DNA of 64,000 nucleotides from the human T2T-CHM13v2.0 reference genome, Homo sapiens. The first letter of the stretch is position 1. Each line of letters begins with the position of its first letter. The position numbers and the translations under genes were made by a program. This document shows, one piece after another, positions 44,069 through 64,000 of the stretch. Where the stretch lies: the NCBI RefSeq assembly GCF_009914755.1, contig NC_060927.1; one strand, 5' to 3'. A model generated the notes under the pieces. The model was not told where the DNA came from and searched no databases. It saw only the letters and a list, made by a program, of their open reading frames with translations.

Positions 44069-45787
44069 GCCTGCTTGCTTGTCCCGCAGAGTCACTGCCC
44101 CTCCTCTGACAGGCTCCCTGATGATTCAGGTCCGCAGGGTCGCTGGCTTCAGAGTTTATTCTCGGAGATGAGAGGGGCTCCCAGTACTGCTGCCTGGGGG
44201 CTGCAGCCCTGATGAAAGCAGATGGCTGCAGAGACCCTTTGCCCTCTGGGACAGCTGCTTGATTAGCCGGGGGGAGGTGCTGGCACTGACGGACATGCTT
44301 TGTGTTTACGGATTTGGGTCCTGGAATGTGTGACCATCTGAATTGTTCCTCTGCAAGGGTTCATCCCAGTGTGTGGGGTGGGTGTGGGGTGTCCCTGAGG
44401 GAATGGAGGGCCCTAGCTGGGTTGGACTGCTCCAAGCTTGTTTTTCTTCCTCTTCCATCCCTTCCCCTGGATTCCAGTGGACAGATTTTCCATCCCTGCA
44501 TGGTGGCAGAGCAGGAGCTTCCCGTGTCTGCTGCGTCTGATTATGGCAAGCTCACTGGGCCCTTGCAGCAAACTCAGAGAGGGGCTACCACAGGTTCACA
44601 GGTGGAGAAAGTGAGGTAAAGGGAGCCTGGGGAGTTGCTCATGTTTTTGCTGATGTCCTTGTCCTCTATCCTATTCCAACTGCAAGTTCAGAGAGGGGGG
44701 AGTAAGGGGTCTGGAAAGGACCAGGGAGGAAACCATGCTCGATGGTGACAGCACTGATGAGACAGAGGTGGGAAACAGGCTCAGGCTCAGGCCTGAGCCT
44801 ACTCACCTCCGAGTAGGTGAGGCCACCGCAGGGGGGCTGGCCTGCAGGACAGTTTCAGTTGCTCAAAGAGGGTGGGGGAGAGTGAAGCCCACTCCAGATA
44901 CTGAGCTGCAGAGACAAGAACAGGCCCAAGGGCTCCCCGGAAGGTCACTTAGCTCTCCTTTGCTAGAAGCTCCTAACACACCCCTCCTTGCAAGGGGAAG
45001 ATCCCCCAGGGCACAGGCCAGGAGCCTACGCCTGGGGTGGGTATGGGGAATAGGTGTGCATAGGTCGCAGCCCTCCCAGTAACACACATATCTAAGTCCT
45101 TTTCAGTTTATGATGGAGATTATTTTTATCCTCGAAGGCTCCAGGCAGATGGAACTCAACCAGGCACTGACATTTGGTTATCCCAAATGCCACTCCATTG
45201 CTGTCATACTTTGAACCCCACCCCAATCCCCCTCCTGACACCCTGGCTCCAGGAGGCCAATGAGAGGACTGCCAGGCTTGATCTGAGACAAGTGCTGACA
45301 TGAGGAATGCCCAGGATGTGGCACATGGGCCAAGAGGCAGCTGAGGGCAGGCCAGGCCTTGTGGGGGCCTTCCACTAGTTCCAGGGGTGCCCCTGCAGAT
45401 GGCACCTGATGCTGCGGCTCTGCCCAGGGACCTCCTTCCAGCCCCGCAGCCTCAGGGACAAGGATGTGGGCTACTCACTGCTTATACTCTACCTCCCCAA
45501 CACGATGTCCTCCTCAGAGACGGACTTGCTTTAATTCTCACTAGCGAAGAAGTGGAGATGGACATGGCAAGAGCATGTTTGGCTTTTCACTGGGCAGTTG
45601 CTGGCTCCCACTCCTGCCATGAGGCTTCGTAAGGTTCCTTCTCACTCTGGTCCCTGGGGAGAACCTTCTAATTCACAGGGGAATCTTTTTTGACCCTGCC
45701 AAGCTGTTTCAACTCCAGAGAACCCACAACCAACAACCACAAATGTGATGGTTTCTTTTTAAAAAAAACTGTAATAAGATGCCAAAC

Positions 45788-45793
45788 TTTATT
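45788..45793 (-). terminator. STIMATE: STIMATE distal polyA signal ending a ~3.7 kb 3' UTR
   Basis: AATAAA on - strand followed by a U-rich tract (A-run about 45761 on +). Confidence 0.7.
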
Positions 45794-48700
45794 GTAAACC
45801 ATTTTACAATGTAAGTACATCATCTTCTCTTTCATTTCAAAAAAACGTTTCCATGAATCCTACCACCACCGATTAAGCACCCCCACTGGATGGCTGCTGA
45901 AGTGGGCCATGGTTTTCCTTGCATAGGTCTGACTTCTAACAAACTTCAGGAAAAGAAAAATCAAATTTAAAACAACCCAACCAACCAACCACCAACCAAC
46001 CCAGGAGCTCAAGGTGCTTGTGGCAAGTCAGACTATAAGTCCCTTACCAAAAGCCAAGCCCCTCAGAGCTGCTAATGTTTCACGAAGTAAAACAGAGAGC
46101 TCTGCACTCTTAGCTGCAAGCGTGTGAAACTTCTAAAAGCCAGCCCCACATTCTACAAGGCAGCTGCTCTGGCCAGTGGGAAGCTCCTTGCACTGCCTAT
46201 CTTAGCCTGGCTGCGAAAAGGCCAGTGAACTGCAAGGGGAGAGTGAGCTGCCAGCTGGGCGCTGCTCCCTCCAGGGTTCTGAGGCAGCCTTTGGACATAA
46301 ACTTGGGGCTGCACCCTACAGGCTTACACTGTCTAAGGGAAGTCACAGCTTGGATTTGAGCCTTTTAATATTTTCCCTGAAGAAAGAGGCATGACAGGTG
46401 ACATTAACCCATGACTCCCTGTTGCCAGGGAGGGCACAAGTTAAAGCTTGAGGAAGGAGGCCACCAGCACGGCTGAGGGGCCACAGACCCTCCTCTTGCA
46501 TGTGTGCAAGCTGAGTGGACCAAGAAGCCACCACCACCTGGATCTCACTAACATCCCCCCTTGCCATTGTCAACAACCCTCTGACAGCAAAAGGAAGTAA
46601 CAGTACCAACCACCTCTTCCATTTGGATATGACAGTTCTACCTCATTAGTTTATTTCCAATAGTTACAAGAAATTTGTTCATGACCTTGACTTGCAAGGT
46701 TCCACCACAGGTGGCTTGGCTGAGGTCCAGATTTGGACAAATCAGATTCATAGCACACAATATCCAGCCAACGTCCCACCATTTCTCAACACGGTGATGG
46801 ATGCCATGTGGCCAGGTGAAGAGCTGCACCTCGTAAGGCACCTTGGAGCAGGTGGAGAGGAAACTCATCCCAGGGAGGGAGGGCAGCTCGGGAGGAAGTC
46901 CTGACCACAGCCCTCTGATCTGCTCTCATGGGATGGTGCACCACGGAAGAGCCCCCAGTGACTGCAGGAGGCACTCCTGGGGATACAGATTTGTGTGTGT
47001 ACATGCACACACACACACAAACACACAAGAAAGGGAAGGCCAAACACGAGAGGTGTCCTATGGTCAGACACCCTATTAGACCCCCGTCCCCTGGTCAGCC
47101 AGCCAGCTACTAGCCACAGCTCAGAGACTAAAGCCCTTTCTGAAAATCAGGATACAGGGAAAAACCACCACTCTTCAGCTACCTCTTTGTTCCCCAAACC
47201 CTCTGCTCACTGGGAAGTGGGCAAAGCCTTCAGATGAGACCATCTGAGGTCTATATAACCCAGGGTTTGTTTCACAGCTTTCATAGATTATGGCTGTCCT
47301 ATCCCCTGCCCTGTCTGGAAACATTAGGAGCTCAAGACTGAACATGAAGCTCCAATTGTGAGCTCCAGGAAGGTGGAAGAAACAGCTGCAGGCACAGGTT
47401 GTTCAAACCAAAATGAAACAGGAGGGGAGGAATTAGAACTGAGTCAGTGATGCCATGAGGGAATGACCGTCCTGTCAGGAACATGAGTCTTGGTCTTCCT
47501 AAATTCGACTGAGAATGGCCTGGTTCTAGCCACTCTTCCCCACTAGAGAGCTGCTGGGGAAATACTGGCTACCATAGCTGTGGATGGGAGGGAGCACAAA
47601 GTCAATCCGAGCAGGAATGACACCAGCAAAGTTGCCTCCTACTGTAGTTACAGTCCCTGCTCCTCTCAGCACCCTGGCTCTGCACTCCTGGTGGAAGATG
47701 GGCTGAGAAGGCCTGCCTGATGCTCGCCTTCAAGTCCAGGACAGGTAGGGCTCTGAGAGGCAGAGGGCAGTCCCAGGGTACCTGGTTTAACAGCTGGGTT
47801 CATGCGCCACAATTCGGACCCAATGTGCTTAAGTGAAACACGTGCTCATGCAGGTCTAAGAGGAAGGTCCTAAGTGGAGTGGCCTCCTCTGCACTTGTCT
47901 CACTTGAAGTCCAGGATGTCTCCCTTCTAGCTCATCACACCTTAGCAGTGTGGCTTCCTGTTCCTAACCATCCGTGGCTGCCTCTGAGCTTGACAAACCA
48001 CCGAGCAGTGCCCCTACCTTGCTGCTTCCACAGCAGGGAAACGGCTGGGGTCAGCCCATTCCAGTCACTCAGCAAACTCCCAAAACCACAGGGGCCTGTG
48101 GCCATGCTGAGGAGTAGTGACCATTCCCCAGGGAGGGGACACGGCCTAGAAGCACCTTGCCCTGCCTGTGGTTTAGAGAGTGAGCTCTCTCACCCCTGCC
48201 TCCCTTAGCCACCTCAGCTTTGGAGGGTGAGAAAAACAGGATCACTTTGTGAGGCACATGTTCTCCAGAATGCTGTGCAAAACAAATAGGTGACACTAGG
48301 ATGACAGGTACCAGGGCAGCAGGAGAGGAGGCTCCTGGCGCTGAGTCCAGAGGCTGGCTCTGAAGGCTGCAGCAGTGGGGGCTGGGAGGCCAAGACCACT
48401 TTAAACCGTGATTGGAGGCTCTGCAGACAGGCAGACTGCACAGGAGTCTGGTAGTCTTGGGTCCTCTGGAAACAAAGACCTCTTAGCTAAGCTCCTTTCT
48501 TGGTCAAATTTAACTAAGATCTCTAATCTGCCAGCAGGAATGCTAGAGCTCGTGGGCCCTGGGCAGAGCCTTTCCTGTTCCACACTCTGCAGCTCCTGGA
48601 TCTGCATCCAGACCAGCTGCTCCAAGCTTGGGTCTGACCTTCACAGAACCATTGGGTTTGCTGATTCTAGAGAAGGGCCATCCTCCTTCCCTCCCCATCA

Positions 48701-49493
48701 TTTGTCTCATCTTATCATAGGGCATCATCTAATAATATTCCAAATAAAAAACTCCCGATTTTTCCTCCTGCCAGCCCACACCCCATGAAAGGCAAATAAA
48801 CCCATTTCTTTGGGGACTAAAAAGAGTTTTTAAATACAATAGTATGAAAATATAACTTAAAAATATAAAAGTCAAACAGCATACGGAAGACTTAAAAATC
48901 TCTGTTTTGCCCATTAGTCCCGTAAGTACTTTGTAGGAAATAAACACATACCCCCAACCTGGTAACACTGTCACAACTCATAAAACCAGCTTCAGAAATC
49001 AATAGTTACAAAAGCCATTTTGAGTAAGAAAGCATTCCGGTTCCAACTTGGTCAACGAGTCACTTTTAGCCCGAGGGTGTTACGTGTTCGCACTGCCCAC
49101 AGCCACGGTGAGGAGACCCACCCACGGTCTGTGTGCCTGTGCTTCCTTCCACCTTGCCACTCGGTGGTCGGACACGGGGCAGGGCCTCAGGTCCCTCACA
49201 ACACTGTCTGGGACGACAACAAACAAACACAGCTCCTTCCTTGCATATTTGGTCAGTGTTTGTAGTGCAACTGAATGGGGACCTCCAGCCGCCAGTGGCC
49301 CCCTCGGGCGCTGGCTCCTCTTCCCTCTTTTTAAGTCACAGTAGTCTGGGGGCAGGCGAGAGCGGGCAGAGACAGCAAGAGGAGCAGAGGTAGAAAGGAA
49401 GGGCAGAGAGAGGGTAAGGAACGATGCTGTGGGATGACCTCTGCACACCAGCGGCTGGCGGGGCCCTCCCGTCACCCCCAGCATGGGAATGTG

Positions 49494-61692
<12,199 letters not shown>

Positions 61693-62135
61693 CTGTACAA
61701 AATAAACCAGCACTGGTTATTAGCCTGACAGGAGCGCAATATCCAATTTGAGGAAAACGAGAAGACTGAAACAGGAAGAAAGCCACCCCAACCTTCCAAT
61801 CACTGGTTATCTCTTCCTGGGGCCTTGAGCACTAACTCAGGCTTGGCATCTCAGCCACCTTTCAAAGCCTTCAATAACACTGCCTTTGAAATCCCTAAAA
61901 GGTCAAGGATTGATATTTAAAATACGTTTTAAATTTTTTTCTTACTTCAAAATAAAATGCTCAATCGCTGCTTTGTGATGAAGCCCAAGGTGCCTCTATT
62001 TTAAAGAGCTCCCATTCAACTTCACTCACAATGAGCTAAATTATGTGTGAAATTAACAAGACGTGCACAAATCCAGTACTGCAGCTGGATCCCTAAAGAA
62101 ATTTCAGCTGCTGCCATTTAAACAATGGGCTAGAT

Positions 62136-62309
62136 CAGGGTAGGCAAATTTTTTCTGTAAAGGACCAAAGAATAAATATTTGAGGTTTTGTGCGCCATAT
62201 GATCTCTGTCTCAATTCCTCAGCCCTGCCGCTAGAGAATGATGCAGTCATAGACACAGCTATTCCAATCATACACACCGGGCCTGAGGGCTGTAGTGTGC
62301 CAGCCCCTG
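62136..62309. mobile_element. MER58A-like hAT-Charlie DNA transposon
   Basis: TIRs CAGGGTAGGCAAA...TGCCAGCCCCTG with near-identical 8-bp TSD GGCTAGAT/GACTAGAT. Confidence 0.8.
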
Positions 62310-63007
62310 GACTAGATGGTAAGCATTTCAAAAAAGAAAAAACAAGGGTGTTAATCTCTGAGAGGAGCTAACCCCGACCCATGTGACAGGAGCATGGTGG
62401 AGACAGCGTGTGCCTTCAGTATGTCCTCCACCACCAGCACCAGGTAGCCATTCTCCTCTGTGGTCGAGGCACCTCTTGGTCATGGCTGTCTCTCACAGCC
62501 GCCCAGCTGGGCAGGGTCTCAGGACTGCAGAGATTATCCAGACCAACCCAGCGACGGTGGCTGGAAAATCATTCCCTAGACTCACTGGAAAGGAGGAGTT
62601 ACCAAAGGACAACGTATGTAAGACTCAAGAGAGCCCCAAAGCTAGGTCTCCACCAGGTCCTGCCCCAGCCCTGAGGTGGGAGTCACACATTCTAAAGTTA
62701 ACAGGGTTTGAGAAAAATCAACGGGGGGAAAATAAAAAGAATTATCAAATTCGCCAGCAACACGTTTAAGAACAAGTACACGCTTAATAATTTTATCACA
62801 GTGATTACTGACGTTTCCTCTGAAGGATAAAATGGCTATTTTGTTAGGAAATGTAGAAGCCCAAGGCAGCCTAAAACAGGCAGCTTCTTGTGGACACAGT
62901 GCTGTCTTGAAGAGCTGACTGTATCCTTCCAAGTGATGTATTATTTTGGAGTTTTGTCTTTAGAACCTACTTCTGAAGCTTTACCACCATTTTACGAAGG
63001 AAAAATT

Positions 63008-63950
63008 GTGACTGCAGGATCATAATCTGTGAAATAAATATATGCTTGATGTATATATCAAAGTCTATTTAAGAAATATATGTATTTGGTCTCGTCCTGG
63101 TTTCTGACACAGAGCTCCTAAAACACTTGTAATCTCCTGAGTAACACAGGTGCTAAGAGGAGTTTTTGTTCTAGTATTTGGTCTCTGGCCTTGGTCCTGA
63201 TACGAGCACCTAAACCTCATGGAATTTCCCGGAAGACAGGAGCCTTTTGCTCTAATGAAGGAAGTCTTAGTGGGCTCCTAGATAGCTTCAGGATGGGGCT
63301 AGTCACCAAAAGGACCAAGTCATGATTAGAAACTTAGAACTTTCAGCCCTAATCCCCCACCCTCCAGGGAGAAGGGAGGGGCTGGAGACTGAGTTAACAA
63401 TCAATCATGCCTACATGATGAACCCTCCATAAAAATCCCTAAACAATGGGATTTGGAGCGCTTCCGGGCTGGTGAACACATCCATGTGCTGGGAAGGGGG
63501 CACACCCCAACTCCTGTGCTCAGGACACTTCTGGACCTCGCCCTATGCACCTCTTCATCTAGCGTTCATCTGTGTCCTTTATAATAAATCAGTAAATGTA
63601 AGTAAATGTTTCCCTGAGTTTTATGAGCCGTTCTAGCAAATTACTGAACCTTAGCGGGGAAGTGGGGGTTGTGGGAACCCCTGACTTTATAGCAAAGTTG
63701 GACAGAAATGTGGATACCCTGAGGACCCCACTACTTGCAACTGGCATGAAGAAGGGGGCAGTTTGTGGGACTGAGCCCTTAACCTGTGGATTCTGTTCTA
63801 ACTCCAGGTAGTTAAGTGTCAGAAGTGAATTAAATTATGGGACACCCAAGTGGTATTTGCAGAGTTGGAAAGCTGGTTGATGCTGGGGGAAGAAAACCCT
63901 CATATATTTGGTGTCAGAAGTATTTTGAGTAGAGAAATAGTTTTCCTTTA
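63008..63950 (+). mobile_element. MER21-like LTR element
   Basis: Characteristic blocks TCTGACACAGAGCTCCTAAAAC, AATAAATCAGTAAATGTAAGTAAATGTTTCCCTGAGTT and TTTGGTGTCAGAAGT; boundaries approximate. Confidence 0.7.
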
Positions 63951-64000
63951 TGCTAGGACCAAGAAAGACTCGTTTGGAGAGAGGAGCGTTTATATGCTAT

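Overview
Human genomic DNA recognisable as the 3p21.1 inter-alpha-trypsin inhibitor heavy-chain locus. In order it contains: the last two coding exons of ITIH1 (+); the complete ITIH3 gene (+, 22 coding exons, 890 aa reconstructed); the complete ITIH4 gene (-, 24 coding exons, 930 aa reconstructed), convergent with ITIH3; MUSTN1 (-, 3 exons, 82 aa); and the last six coding exons plus a ~3.7 kb 3' UTR of STIMATE/TMEM110 (-), with an intronic hairpin matching MIR8064. All exon boundaries were read directly as GT-AG junctions, and exon lengths sum to intact reading frames. Repeats include 13 Alus, MLT1, MER53, MER58A and MER21-like elements, MIR/L2 remnants, a 34-bp VNTR, a 50-bp tandem duplication and microsatellites. 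This is a well-studied locus and I found no wholly new gene system. The most promising leads are splicing-level. (i) Phase-0 junctions make STIMATE, MUSTN1 and ITIH4 combinable in frame by read-through, using a donor hidden in the STIMATE last codon and stop. (ii) ITIH3 and ITIH4 have arrays of frame-neutral micro/mini-exons in their linker regions. (iii) There is a recursive-splice-type exon start in ITIH3, and inverted Alus bracket ITIH4 exons 12-21. (iv) There is an IR-1 (FXR-type) element at the ITIH3 promoter, plus apparent gene-conversion tracts.
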